Shown: positions 15,858-25,327, counted from the first letter of the stretch. The stretch: DNA of 64,000 nt from Dehalococcoidia bacterium (GCA_963422765.1 OY730490.1:2453211-2517210), one strand, 5' to 3'. Numbers and translations are program-made. Notes: a model not told the origin generated them from the letters alone.

Positions 15858-18725
15858 ATGAATACACAAGTTGGCAAATCCGCAGGAATCGTCCTGCTTC
15901 TGGCGGCGGGCATCTTGGCCGCCCTTTTCACCATGGGCGTCTTTTCCTCGCCCACCAACGTTTTCGCACAGGGTGGCGAAATTGATTTCGACCACCACAT
16001 TCTCAGTAGCGAAAGCTCTACAACCCCTACTGACATTGTGCTCTCTGTACAGGTCAAATCTGCGGAGATCAGGGAGGCTGGAGATGATGTCGTAATCACT
16101 CCTCAGCTTAAAGACTCAAATGGCGAAGCAATCGACATCAAGGATCTGCCCGAAGACAGCGTAAAAGTAGAATTGGACGGAGGTAAACTCGCATCTACGT
16201 CTGATGCCAAAGGCGTCGTCACTATTAAGGCGGACGCGTTCGTTGGGAGTTCCATGCTCGTGGTCACTTGGCCTAATGTGCAGCGAGTAGAGGGTGCGGC
16301 TCCCGTCAACGATGTCTCCATCGGCGAAGCAAATGAATTGTTCCCAGAAGTCTCCTCTTCTGTGGGAGATCTTACCGTCGATCTCTCCTCTAAGGAGCCC
16401 GGGAAAGTAACGCAGATTGAGATCACCGGGGAAGCTGCTACGGCAATCCAACCTAACGAGGATATCGCTGTCGGACTGGTGGGCTTCGGTGTGCCCGACA
16501 GCATCAAGGACTCGGATATCAACATTGCTAGTGGTAGTTTCAAGGGTTCCCCGGAGAACGTGCTGGTGAACGGCAGCGAGATAACCATGACCGTTCCAAG
16601 CACCATGGCTAGCGGAGCCGAACAAATTAAGGCAGTCTCTGACAAGTACACCATCAGGATAAAGCAGTCGGCGAGAATCACCAATCCTGCCTCCGCCGGG
16701 GACAAGACCATTTCGATCCAAGAGAATGCCCCTGGCGCAAAGAAGAGTGGAACTGCCACCATCGATCGGATAATCGAGCTGAAGCCGTCTTCAGGCGCCC
16801 GCGGCACCGAGACCACGGCCACCCTCAAGGGTTTCGCCAACGGCACGGCCGCGGTCAGTGTGCGGGGCTCAAAAATCGGCGAGGCTGATATTGATAAAAA
16901 TATCGGCACGCTGGTTATAGACACCGATTCGGATGATTTCATTACCGGCAAAAACGAAATCACAGCGGTGGACGGTAGCGGCAACTCCCAGGACGTAAGC
17001 GCCACGTTCACCATCAATCCCAAGGTTACTGCCGATCCCGCAAAGACGGCGCTCTCCAAGACGGTAACTCTCAAGCTGATCGACTGGCCTACGTCAAACA
17101 AGATTACCGAGGTCAAAATCGGTGCTGAGACAGTGACTCCTCCTACTGACGGTTGGCCAAGCACTGGCCGCACAGACGGTAAAGCAGAGTTCAAGGTTAC
17201 AGTGCCAGCCAAGGTGAATCGCGGGGACCAGACCCTGAAGGTGACCGGCACGGGGGCTAAAGATAGCACCCCGTCGGCCACAGTCAAGCTGGAAATTGGG
17301 GTGCAGTCTCTGGAACTGATGCCCGCCAAAGCGGTGATGGGCCAAAAGATCACCATCAAGGGCAGCGGTTTCCCTGCTGGCGACGATGATGAAGATGGCA
17401 ACAAGCTAACTATCGCCGGCGTGCCTGTAGATACAGCTGACGGATTCTCGATTACCAGCGGCGGCGACATCAATCTCACCGTCACGGTTCCCACCGACAA
17501 AGCCATAAAGACGGGCAAGAAAAACGAGGTCGAAGTCACGACCGCAAGCAATTCCATTGGCATCGCTGAGCTGGAGATAATCAAGCCCAGCATCAGCTTC
17601 GAAGCTGATGAAGGTCATCTTAAAGACCATGTTATGGTGACCGGAGAAGGTTTCATTGCCAATGAGTTCGTCACCTTGCTATACAATGACAAACGCGTTG
17701 AAAGCGAGGTTGCGGATGACGAAGGCAAGTTTACTACCGAATTCAAATTGCCTGACAGCGCGAAACCGGGCGATAAGGAGAAGGTAGAAGCGAAAGCTAC
17801 TGTCGGCGCCGTCGAAGTCACGGCAAGCAAAGACTATTCCATTTACAAGGCGAAGATGACGCTGGGGCAGGAAGAGATCAATGCCGGAAGCAACCTGGCT
17901 ATCAAGGTGGAAAACCTGAAAGCCTTCGTGTCAGTGTCTCTGGTCGAAATCGGCACCACGGATGTTATTCCCTCCCCTAAGCCTCAATCCGACGCAGACG
18001 GCATAGCCGAGTTCAGCGTTCTCGTGCCAGGCGGGAGCATGGGCAACCGCAGGGTGCACGTCGAAGTCGACGGACTAAAGCTGACCGAAACCGTCAAGGT
18101 TGTGGCAGAGCCGATTGCGACACCGACGCCTGAGCCGACTCCGACCGCGACGCCCGAGCCGACGCCCGAGCCGACGCCCGAGCCGACGCCGGAGCCGACG
18201 CCGATGCCCGAACCGACGATATCGGTGGCGCCGGAAGAAGTTAACCCCGGAGACGAACTGACTGTCACGCTGGAGAACCTGACTGCGGCGAAGAACGTCG
18301 TAGTAGCAGCGGTTACCATCGGCGAAATGGTCGCTACCACAAATCCTGCTACGATCCAAATCAGCGAAGACGGCACAGCCGCTTTCAGCCTTATGGTTCC
18401 TGACGGGCTCAGGGGTCACAATGAAGTGAAGGTCACAATCTCTGGAACAGCCCCTCTGAGCGCAAAAGTCAATGTGGTGGCAATCGCCACGGCAGACGTG
18501 TTCAAGCCCCTCATCGATAACGATAACCTGACGTCGGTCTGGCACTTCAGCAACGCCGACCAGACTTGGACCTCCTACTCCCCGACCGTTCCGGCTGAGC
18601 TGAACGACCTGACAATGGTCCCCAGCGGGCAAATCGTCTGGGTAAAGGTTGTAGAGGAACAGGAATTCGATGGCGCTGCCCCTTCCACTCTCTACCCTGG
18701 CTGGAACAACGTATCCATAAAATAG
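15858..18725 (+). CDS. Large secreted cell-surface protein with multiple Ig-like (IPT/big-type) domains and a PT/PE-rich linker
   Basis: ATG at 15858 follows AAGGAG. The signal peptide is MNTQVGKSAGIVLLLAAGILAALFTMGVFSSPTNVFAQG. It has recurring beta-rich ~90-aa modules (ITIKGSGFPAG, VMVTGEGFIANE) and the linker PIATPTPEPTPTATPEPTPEPTPEPTPEPTPMPEPT. Confidence 0.75.
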   Translation: MNTQVGKSAGIVLLLAAGILAALFTMGVFSSPTNVFAQGGEIDFDHHILSSESSTTPTDIVLSVQVKSAEIREAGDDVVITPQLKDSNGEAIDIKDLPEDSVKVELDGGKLASTSDAKGVVTIKADAFVGSSMLVVTWPNVQRVEGAAPVNDVSIGEANELFPEVSSSVGDLTVDLSSKEPGKVTQIEITGEAATAIQPNEDIAVGLVGFGVPDSIKDSDINIASGSFKGSPENVLVNGSEITMTVPSTMASGAEQIKAVSDKYTIRIKQSARITNPASAGDKTISIQENAPGAKKSGTATIDRIIELKPSSGARGTETTATLKGFANGTAAVSVRGSKIGEADIDKNIGTLVIDTDSDDFITGKNEITAVDGSGNSQDVSATFTINPKVTADPAKTALSKTVTLKLIDWPTSNKITEVKIGAETVTPPTDGWPSTGRTDGKAEFKVTVPAKVNRGDQTLKVTGTGAKDSTPSATVKLEIGVQSLELMPAKAVMGQKITIKGSGFPAGDDDEDGNKLTIAGVPVDTADGFSITSGGDINLTVTVPTDKAIKTGKKNEVEVTTASNSIGIAELEIIKPSISFEADEGHLKDHVMVTGEGFIANEFVTLLYNDKRVESEVADDEGKFTTEFKLPDSAKPGDKEKVEAKATVGAVEVTASKDYSIYKAKMTLGQEEINAGSNLAIKVENLKAFVSVSLVEIGTTDVIPSPKPQSDADGIAEFSVLVPGGSMGNRRVHVEVDGLKLTETVKVVAEPIATPTPEPTPTATPEPTPEPTPEPTPEPTPMPEPTISVAPEEVNPGDELTVTLENLTAAKNVVVAAVTIGEMVATTNPATIQISEDGTAAFSLMVPDGLRGHNEVKVTISGTAPLSAKVNVVAIATADVFKPLIDNDNLTSVWHFSNADQTWTSYSPTVPAELNDLTMVPSGQIVWVKVVEEQEFDGAAPSTLYPGWNNVSIK

Positions 18726-18797
18726 GGTGAGCGCCCACCCAACAGACGGCGGCTGGGGAACCCCCGGCCGCTGTTCCAACTATCAACAACAAACACT

Positions 18798-18822
18798 ACG
18801 GGGCGGGGTCAGCCCGCCCCGT
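18798..18822 (+). terminator. GC-rich hairpin after the surface-protein gene
   Basis: ACGGGGCGGG-gtcag-CCCGCCCCGT. There is no clear U-tract. Confidence 0.4.
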
Positions 18823-18851
18823 AACCGCAACAGTGAGATGGGGAGGAACGG

Positions 18852-19589
18852 ATGACCAAAACCAGATTCTTGACGCTGTTGGGCCTGTTGGCCTTGCTGG
18901 CGGCGGTGCCTATGGCCTCGGCGCTGGCCCAACAGCAGATACCTCAGAAATTTTATGGCGCGGTAACAATGCAGGCAGACGGGTCAACCCCCGCTGAAGG
19001 CACAGCCGTAACGGCAATGATAAACGGCGAGCAAGTCGGCAGCGGCATGGTCGACCCCAACGGTATGTACCTGGTCCTGGTTGAAGGCGACTATGCAGAC
19101 CAGGAAGTGACGTTCATGATCGGCGATGAGGACGCCAACGAGTCGGCGACGTTTGTGAACGGCGACATTACCCCGTTGCACCTTTCGGTCGGCCAGGCTC
19201 CTGCGCCAAAGCCGACCCTGAATATAGCGCAACTGCTCGGACCGAAGGGAGACAAGGGCGATAAGGGAGACCCTGGCGAACCCGGGCCGGCCGGCGAGCA
19301 AGGCCCGCCGGGAGAACAAGGACCGGCAGGCACTGACGGCAACGACGGCGCAGCAGGCCCGGCAGGACCGGCAGGCGCTGACGGCAACGACGGCTCCGAT
19401 GGGGCCCGAGGGGCTAGCGGAACTAACGGCGAGGCAGGCCCGGCAGGCCCGGCAGGCGCCGCAGGCCCGGCAGGCCCGGCAGGCGCTGACGGCGGCGGTG
19501 GCGGACTCGCCATCGTGGCGCTGATAATCGCCATCGTCGGCGTGGTCGCCGCAGGCGGAGCGTTCATCGCCGGACGCAACAGCTCCTAG
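18852..19589 (+). CDS. Collagen-like triple-helix repeat protein with a signal peptide and a C-terminal membrane anchor
   Basis: Signal peptide [26 protein letters not shown], a globular head of about 95 aa, then about 28 uninterrupted G-X-Y triplets ([21 protein letters not shown]...). The C-terminus is the helix [27 protein letters not shown]. Confidence 0.8.
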   Translation: MTKTRFLTLLGLLALLAAVPMASALAQQQIPQKFYGAVTMQADGSTPAEGTAVTAMINGEQVGSGMVDPNGMYLVLVEGDYADQEVTFMIGDEDANESATFVNGDITPLHLSVGQAPAPKPTLNIAQLLGPKGDKGDKGDPGEPGPAGEQGPPGEQGPAGTDGNDGAAGPAGPAGADGNDGSDGARGASGTNGEAGPAGPAGAAGPAGPAGADGGGGGLAIVALIIAIVGVVAAGGAFIAGRNSS

Positions 19590-19620
19590 CCACCCCCGGC
19601 AACCCAACAGCGCACCACCC

Positions 19621-19655
19621 AGGGGCGCCCGCAAGCGGGGCGCCCCTTTCTCATT
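19621..19655 (+). terminator. Rho-independent terminator
   Basis: AGGGGCGCCC-gcaagcg-GGGCGCCCCT followed by TTCTCATT. Confidence 0.7.
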
Positions 19656-19722
19656 GACGCCCCGCCACCACATCCCATAAGATAAAAACCTGATAACTAA
19701 TATATGTATAGGACTAAATTTT

Positions 19723-20121
19723 ATGCGTTTACTAGATTCCTACGGGGTTATCTACCCCTTAGCCTACCTTATAGCCGTCGCTATTATGCTCTGGCTCTAC
19801 TGGGGAGACCTGTTTCACAATGATAATCCGGTATACCTTCTGGCTGCCGTATTCGGCGCGGCGGCCGGCGCAGCGCTGACATTGGCGATACTGGTAGAAG
19901 TTGGAGGCCGCATCGTGTTGCTGATACCCGCAACCGTAAGAAAATTGAGGAGAGAGGGACGCCAGGAGGGACGCCAGGAAAGAGACGCGCGCTACCAGGA
20001 AGCCCTCGAGCGCTTCGGGGTAGAAGAGGACGGCGTGGCCGTTCTCCGGTTCACCCCGGAGGTTAGGCAGTTCCTCGGCGGCGAGCCGGGCGATGAGCGC
20101 TCCTATGACGCCGGATCGTAA
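19723..20121 (+). CDS. Small membrane protein, paralog A
   Basis: Two predicted N-terminal TM helices, an (EGRQ)2 repeat, and the conserved tail ERDARYQEALERFGVEEDGVAVLRFTPEVRQFL. Confidence 0.6.
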   Translation: MRLLDSYGVIYPLAYLIAVAIMLWLYWGDLFHNDNPVYLLAAVFGAAAGAALTLAILVEVGGRIVLLIPATVRKLRREGRQEGRQERDARYQEALERFGVEEDGVAVLRFTPEVRQFLGGEPGDERSYDAGS

Positions 20122-20197
20122 TGAAATTGCTTTCAGGACGCCCGTCAAGAAGATGCCAAATGAAATTGCTTTCAGGACGCCCGTCAAGAAGATGCCA
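20120..20197. repeat. Perfect 39-nt tandem duplication starting inside the stop codon
   Basis: AATGAAATTGCTTTCAGGACGCCCGTCAAGAAGATGCCA x2, at 20120-20158 and 20159-20197. Confidence 0.95.
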
Positions 20198-20324
20198 CAG
20201 GGACCACGCGGGGCAGGCCCTCCAGCGATACAAACGCCAGAGAAGCTCATGAACAGTTCAGCGTGAAGCGCGGGGGGTTATTCTACTTCTCGGCCCGCTG
20301 TGTCTAGGCGGGCGGGTGATGTAA

Positions 20325-20744
20325 TTGGATTTATCGGATTTACCCGGCGAGCTGGTCGAGCGCGGGGTGTGGTGGCAGATAGCCGGGTTCGCCATAGTAA
20401 GCGCGGTAAGCGTCGCGGCTCTAGTGGAGTTCGAGGGTTCGGAAAGCCGGGCCTATCGCTACTACGAAGCCGCGGTAAAAACAATGTACTGGGCCAATGT
20501 GTTCGTGCTCATTGGCCTGTTCGAGGGGGTGAGAAGGATGTTCGAGAAGGCGTCGGAGTTGCGGGCCCGCTACCGGGAGCAGGCGGAACGAAGAGCCATA
20601 GAGCGAGGCATAGAGCGAGGCATTAAAGAAAGGGACGCCCGGTGGAGAGAAGCTGTGGAGCGCTTCGGAACAGATGTGGATGGCGTCAAGGTTCTTTCCA
20701 TTACCCCAGAAGTGCAAGGCTTCCTGGACAAAACGGAAGACTGA
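20325..20744 (+). CDS. Small membrane protein, paralog B
   Basis: Two hydrophobic segments, an (IERG)2 repeat, and the tail ERDARWREAVERFGTDVDGVKVLSITPEVQGFL matching paralog A. The start codon is uncertain (TTG at 20325). Confidence 0.55.
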   Translation: MDLSDLPGELVERGVWWQIAGFAIVSAVSVAALVEFEGSESRAYRYYEAAVKTMYWANVFVLIGLFEGVRRMFEKASELRARYREQAERRAIERGIERGIKERDARWREAVERFGTDVDGVKVLSITPEVQGFLDKTED

Positions 20745-20784
20745 GACCGGGGCAGCTTTGATGGCTGTTCCAGTTCCGTTTGCC

Positions 20785-21423
20785 CTACCCTCTGAGCGGC
20801 GAGAGCAGATTGACGCGCAGGTCGGCGGGGAGGTTGCCGGTGGTGACCACCAGTCGAGGCTGGGGCTGGGGAGCGTCCTGCCCCAAAAGCCGCAGGAAGG
20901 TTTCGGGGCCGTCGAGGGCCGCGCCGGTCTGCCCGTGGGCGTAGTGCATGGGGATAACGATGCGAGGGTCGAGGTCCTGGATGGTCTGAAGGGCCTGATC
21001 CAAGCTGATGGTGCAGTGCCCGCCCGCCGGCACCAGCGCCACGTCCACCGGCTTCAGCTCGTCCACCTGCCGCGTAGTCATCGGCAGGGCCAGGTCGCCC
21101 AGGTGGCAGACGTTCACGCCGCTCATCTCGATGGTGTAGGCCACGTTGCGCTGCCCCTGGGGAACGCCGGGCGGCAGCGGGGTCATGACTCCGCGCACTA
21201 CAATCCCGTTATATTCGTACTCGCCAGGGGTGCGAAACACCTTTGCTTCTCCGCCTACCGACTCAGCGGCCGAGTGGTTGGGGTGGCTGTTGCTGATGGT
21301 AAGCACCGCGGCGGGGCGAGTGTCTATCCGAATCCCCAGTGATTGGGGGAAAGGGTCGGTTACCACCACCATGCCGCTGTCGTGCAACCGGAAGGAAGAA
21401 TGCCCCAAGTACACTAAGTCCAT
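20785..21423 (-). CDS. MBL-fold metal-dependent hydrolase (UPF0173-like)
   Basis: The N-terminus is MDLVYLGHSSFRL..VVVTDPF. NSHPNH and HLGD are typical of this small beta-lactamase-fold family. Confidence 0.7.
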   Translation of the reverse strand: MDLVYLGHSSFRLHDSGMVVVTDPFPQSLGIRIDTRPAAVLTISNSHPNHSAAESVGGEAKVFRTPGEYEYNGIVVRGVMTPLPPGVPQGQRNVAYTIEMSGVNVCHLGDLALPMTTRQVDELKPVDVALVPAGGHCTISLDQALQTIQDLDPRIVIPMHYAHGQTGAALDGPETFLRLLGQDAPQPQPRLVVTTGNLPADLRVNLLSPLRG

Positions 21424-21466
21424 ACCGCGCCCCCTATGCCCCCTCTCCTATGTTCCCAGACAGCGG

Positions 21467-22123
21467 TCATTGCGGCGAACGCGGATGGCCGTCATCATGG
21501 CCGCGCCAGTAGCCGGTCAACCCCCAGGCCGCCGGAACCAGAAGCGCCGCGGCAACCAGTTTTAACAGGTCTCCGGCCACGAAGGGATACAACCCCCAAG
21601 CCAGCGTCTTGCCTGAGGGAGCGAACAGCGAAAGCTGTATCAGCCCCGGCACGTAGACCAGGATGTTGCCGGCCAGCAGTGTGGGCAGAATCCAAGCGCT
21701 GCCGGTCATCCCCCGCTCGCACAGAAACCCCACCACCCAGGCGGCTGCGATAAAGCCAATTATGTAGCCCCCTGAAGACATAGCCCAGAAAAACCCGGAG
21801 TTGCCGGAGGTGAACCCAAGCACATAATCGCCCAGAGTTGCGTCCCACAGATAGGAATCCGCGGAACCGGCGTAAAAGGGCAAGAACATCCCAGCCAGCA
21901 GATACAGGCCCGTAGCGCCTGCGCTTCGCCAACTGCCCAAGGCCGCGCCGGTAAGCAGCACGGCAAAGGTCTGCCCGGTGACCGGTACAGGGGTAAAGGG
22001 AAGATGCAGGGAAAAGCGGGCAAATAGGGCGATGAACAGAACGAAACCTATAATAAGCGCGGCGTCCCTCGCGATACGCCCCCGTCCTTCCTCCATCGGC
22101 AACGCAATATCGGCCAAAGACAT
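21467..22123 (-). CDS. bioY: Biotin transporter BioY
   Basis: The hallmark TPVPVTGQTFAVLLTGAALG is present and the protein is polytopic and hydrophobic. The start is taken at MSLAD; the tracked start is 22150. Confidence 0.75.
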   Translation of the reverse strand: MSLADIALPMEEGRGRIARDAALIIGFVLFIALFARFSLHLPFTPVPVTGQTFAVLLTGAALGSWRSAGATGLYLLAGMFLPFYAGSADSYLWDATLGDYVLGFTSGNSGFFWAMSSGGYIIGFIAAAWVVGFLCERGMTGSAWILPTLLAGNILVYVPGLIQLSLFAPSGKTLAWGLYPFVAGDLLKLVAAALLVPAAWGLTGYWRGHDDGHPRSPQ

Positions 22124-22521
22124 GGTAGTAGATTCAGAGTACACGTGCACACACTAAGCTAACGGCAATTCAAGACGGCAACCCAATAGGTTGAAGCCCG
22201 GGCCATCGAGTATAGCATTGATTGCCCCAATCTGCGAGAACCGCGCCGAGGAGTAGGGAGGGGTGAAACTCGGGGCTGTCAATGGTCATTCCGCACACAG
22301 CCCAAGAATCTCGTTGCAATAGTATGGGATGTCCACTGTAGATGCCGCCAAAACCGGAACAGGGTTGTCACCCTACGCTCGCAATCACGAGTTTGCCCCC
22401 TCCCGGCGATAGGGTGCCCGGCGATAAGGTGTCCGCCATACCTGTTTCATCGCCATCTCCGCTGTCGCCAGCGGCAGCGTTTGCAGCAGCGGAAATTCTA
22501 CGGCCGGCGTTCCGTCTACCT

Positions 22522-22629
22522 GGAAGGCGGCATTGGCCCAACCAATCCTCTGTATTTTCTATGTTGGAGACCAGCATAACCAGTTCTTCCAGGGGGAAGG
22601 CGGCATTGGCCCAACCAATCCTCTGTATT
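22522..22629. repeat. 35-nt direct repeat pair separated by a 38-nt unique spacer
   Basis: GGAAGGCGGCATTGGCCCAACCAATCCTCTGTATT occurs at 22522-22556 and 22595-22629, inside a 0.7-kb gap with no convincing ORF. Confidence 0.9.
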
Positions 22630-22759
22630 CCCATTTTGGCGGGGAGGCCGGGTTGAGGGCAAGGCCATAGCACATTGAGAATATCCAGGAGCCGCGCCAC
22701 GCTTTGAGCAAAGCGAGCCTAAAGGCAAGCATCTGGGCCAGGATTTAGGGGGCTTGAGA

Positions 22760-22789
22760 GATTATCAGGATATGCCCCAATCCTGATAA
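22760..22789. repeat. Perfect 11-bp inverted repeat
   Basis: ATTATCAGGAT-atgcccca-ATCCTGATAAT, followed by AATCC-rich sequence that ends AATTCAGACAATTG. Confidence 0.8.
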
Positions 22790-22919
22790 TTCTTTAATCC
22801 AGCGAATCCTAATTCAGACAATTGCTTCGCCAAGACTCTCAGAAAGGTTTGACATTGCCGCAAATGCTATGCTAATTTCGAGGAAAGGCCGAGGCCCGGT
22901 TACCCCCGCAACAGGGGCA

Positions 22920-23954
22920 ATGCCGATGTTATCTTATCGCACTTCAACCATCCTCAACCTTCTAGTAAATGAATACGTGCAGACCGCCGCGCCTGTGGCA
23001 TCGGACGGTATAGCGCGCAGCCCAGACCTGCGGGTCAGTCCGGCAACAGTTCGCAACGCGATGTCGCATCTCACCGAGGCGGGCTATATCTCCCGCCCTC
23101 ACGTATCCGCCGGGGGGGTGCCATCGGACTTGGGCTACCGGCACCATGTGGAGTCGCTTGGTGAACCGCGGCCTCTTCCCAGCAAGCTGCGGCAGCGTGT
23201 AGACAAATGGCTGGGCGATGCTGAACCGGACGTTGAGGTGTGGAGCCGCCGTTGCGCCGCCGCCCTCTCACAGTTAACCGCCAACTTGGCCATCGTAACT
23301 CAGCCGCGTTCTCCGTCACCGCGCCTGAAGCGGCTGCAACTAGTGTTTTTGCAAGAGTCCATCGCCCTGCTGGTCATCGTGCTGGGCGAGACGCGCCTGC
23401 TCAAACGCCTGCTGTCGCTGGATGGCCCGGCAAGTCAGCAGCGGCTCGATGAGGCGGCAGGTCGCCTGAACGAGTCGCTGGCAGGTCTAAGCCGCCGACA
23501 GATAGAGGGGCAGCGGGTTGAGCTGGATCCGCTGGAGCAGCGAGTTCGCCAAGATTCGCTGGAGATGATGCTGGAAGCCGAGAAGTCGGACCTGCCAGAG
23601 CATCATCTCGAAGGCTTGGGGCGTTTGCTAGAGCAACCGGAGTTTGCCGCCAGTGAACGCGCCCGCCAGTTGGTGCAGACGGTGGAGGAACGGGCGTTGC
23701 TGGAGCGTATCGTATCCGCCGCCCGTGAGCCCGGCCCCAAGGTATACATCGGTTCGGAGAACCAAGAAGAATCGCTACGCTGCTTCGGCGTTATAGTATG
23801 CCGCTACGGACGCCCCAACGGCGTGGGCGGCGCAATCTGCGTTGTCGGCCCCACTCGAATGGGATACTCCAAGGCCATAGCCGGCACTCGCCATCTGGCC
23901 AACATGATGAGCCGCATGGTACAAGCACTGGAGACGGGCGACAAAGGGGCATAG
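22920..23954 (+). CDS. hrcA: Heat-inducible transcription repressor HrcA
   Basis: N-terminal winged-helix region RTSTILNLLVNEYVQTAAPVASDGIA and C-terminal VVGPTRMGYSKAI. Start at 22920 or 22926. Confidence 0.85.
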   Translation: MPMLSYRTSTILNLLVNEYVQTAAPVASDGIARSPDLRVSPATVRNAMSHLTEAGYISRPHVSAGGVPSDLGYRHHVESLGEPRPLPSKLRQRVDKWLGDAEPDVEVWSRRCAAALSQLTANLAIVTQPRSPSPRLKRLQLVFLQESIALLVIVLGETRLLKRLLSLDGPASQQRLDEAAGRLNESLAGLSRRQIEGQRVELDPLEQRVRQDSLEMMLEAEKSDLPEHHLEGLGRLLEQPEFAASERARQLVQTVEERALLERIVSAAREPGPKVYIGSENQEESLRCFGVIVCRYGRPNGVGGAICVVGPTRMGYSKAIAGTRHLANMMSRMVQALETGDKGA

Positions 23955-24234
23955 GGTTCCTCCAGCTTGCCTGGCGCACAGAGTCTTTCAATTGCCCGTT
24001 CGTCACTCCCTGCTTAGCAGGAATCCGGCCCTCGGCCTTACGTTTCGGTTGGCGAGATATTGGGCTATCTGGCCGCGAATTTCCGCCTCCCAAAAATGAC
24101 AAGACAAAACCTGAAACCAAAAGACTCCGATCCAAGACGCATTGGCTGCCGCTGTACAAAGGCCATAGTAGCTGCGCCTCTCTTATTTTGCTGTTGATTC
24201 GCTCAGCAGTTATGTCGCGCCCGGAACAACGCGA

Positions 24235-24263
24235 TTGATAACCATGATTGCGGCCCGTATAAT
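24235..24263 (+). promoter_or_regulatory. Near-consensus promoter upstream of pdxS
   Basis: TTGATA (24235-24240), a 17-nt spacer, then TATAAT (24258-24263), leaving a leader of about 100 nt. Confidence 0.55.
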
Positions 24264-24370
24264 GATATTGACCTAATGGTTGGAGCTACGCTGGTCTAGT
24301 CAAGGGGCCGCGCAGTTTCGGTGAATCACAGACTGGCCGCAGATAATGGAACGATGCGCCCGGCGAGAGG

Positions 24371-25276
24371 ATGACGGATATGGCGATAGCAGACGTTTTG
24401 ACCGGCACTTTTACCGTGAAGTCTGGACATGCCCAGATGCTGAAGGGCGGCGTCATAATGGACGTGGTCACCCCCGAACAGGCCATGATTGCCGCCGAAG
24501 CCGGCGCCGTGGCCGTTATGGCCCTTGAGCGCGTGCCAGCGGACATCCGCGCTGACGGCGGCGTAGCCCGCATGACCGACCCGGCAATCATCACCCGGAT
24601 TATGGACGCAGTCACCATTCCCGTTATGGCGAAAGTTCGCATCGGCCACTTCGTCGAGGCCCAGATTCTGGAAGCCCTCGGCGTTGACTATATTGACGAA
24701 TCGGAAGTGCTGACCCCCGCTGATGAGACCCATCACGTCTGGAAGCACGACTTCAGAGTGCCTTTCGTCTGCGGTTGCCGCGACTTGGGCGAGGCGCTGC
24801 GCCGCATATCCGAGGGCGCAGCCATGATTCGCACCAAGGGCGAGGCCGGCACCGGCGACGTGGTGGAGGCCGTGCGCCACATGAGGGCAGTTCAGGACGC
24901 CATACGCAAGCTCCGGACCATGCCCAACGACGAGCTGGTGGTGGAAGCCCGCGACCTGCGCGTCTCCCTCGACCTGCTCCAGCAGACCCGCGAGCAGGGC
25001 CGCTTGCCAGTGGTCAACTTCGCCGCCGGAGGCGTCGCCACCCCCGCCGACGCCGCGCTGATGATGCAGTTGGGCGCCGACGGCGTTTTCGTCGGTTCCG
25101 GCATCTTCAAGTCCGGCGACCCGGCCAGCCGCGCTTACGCCATCGTGCAGGCCGTCACCCACTACAACGACCCGCATATTCTGGCCGAGGTGTCCAAAGA
25201 CCTGGGCGAGCCGATGGTGGGCCGCAACGTCCGCGACATCCCTGCCGATGAACTGCTGGCCCCCCGCAGCGTGTAG
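24371..25276 (+). CDS. pdxS: Pyridoxal 5'-phosphate synthase subunit PdxS
   Basis: [38 protein letters not shown] and [16 protein letters not shown] are near-invariant PdxS blocks. Confidence 0.95.
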   Translation: MTDMAIADVLTGTFTVKSGHAQMLKGGVIMDVVTPEQAMIAAEAGAVAVMALERVPADIRADGGVARMTDPAIITRIMDAVTIPVMAKVRIGHFVEAQILEALGVDYIDESEVLTPADETHHVWKHDFRVPFVCGCRDLGEALRRISEGAAMIRTKGEAGTGDVVEAVRHMRAVQDAIRKLRTMPNDELVVEARDLRVSLDLLQQTREQGRLPVVNFAAGGVATPADAALMMQLGADGVFVGSGIFKSGDPASRAYAIVQAVTHYNDPHILAEVSKDLGEPMVGRNVRDIPADELLAPRSV

Positions 25277-25291
25277 GTACTCCCCCAATTT

Positions 25292-25323
25292 CCTCTCCCT
25301 CCAGGAGAGGGTTAGGATGAGGG
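25292..25323. repeat. REP-like hairpin element
   Basis: CCTCTCCCTCCAGGAGAGGGTTAGGATGAGGG lies between the pdxS stop and the next ATG. Confidence 0.6.
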
Positions 25324-25327
25324 CGCT

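Noticed and set aside
18111-18215. The highly repetitive GAGCCGACGCC(C/G) tract, and the similar G-X-Y-coding tract at about 19240-19500, as possible noncoding satellite or CRISPR-like repeats.
   Set aside because: Both are in frame within well-supported genes. They encode an (EPTP)n linker and a collagen-like triple helix respectively.
22700-22919. A CIRCE operator (TTAGCACTC-N9-GAGTGCTAA) expected near hrcA.
   Set aside because: I read the region on both strands and found no match. Only a TTGACA-type promoter candidate and unrelated palindromes are present.
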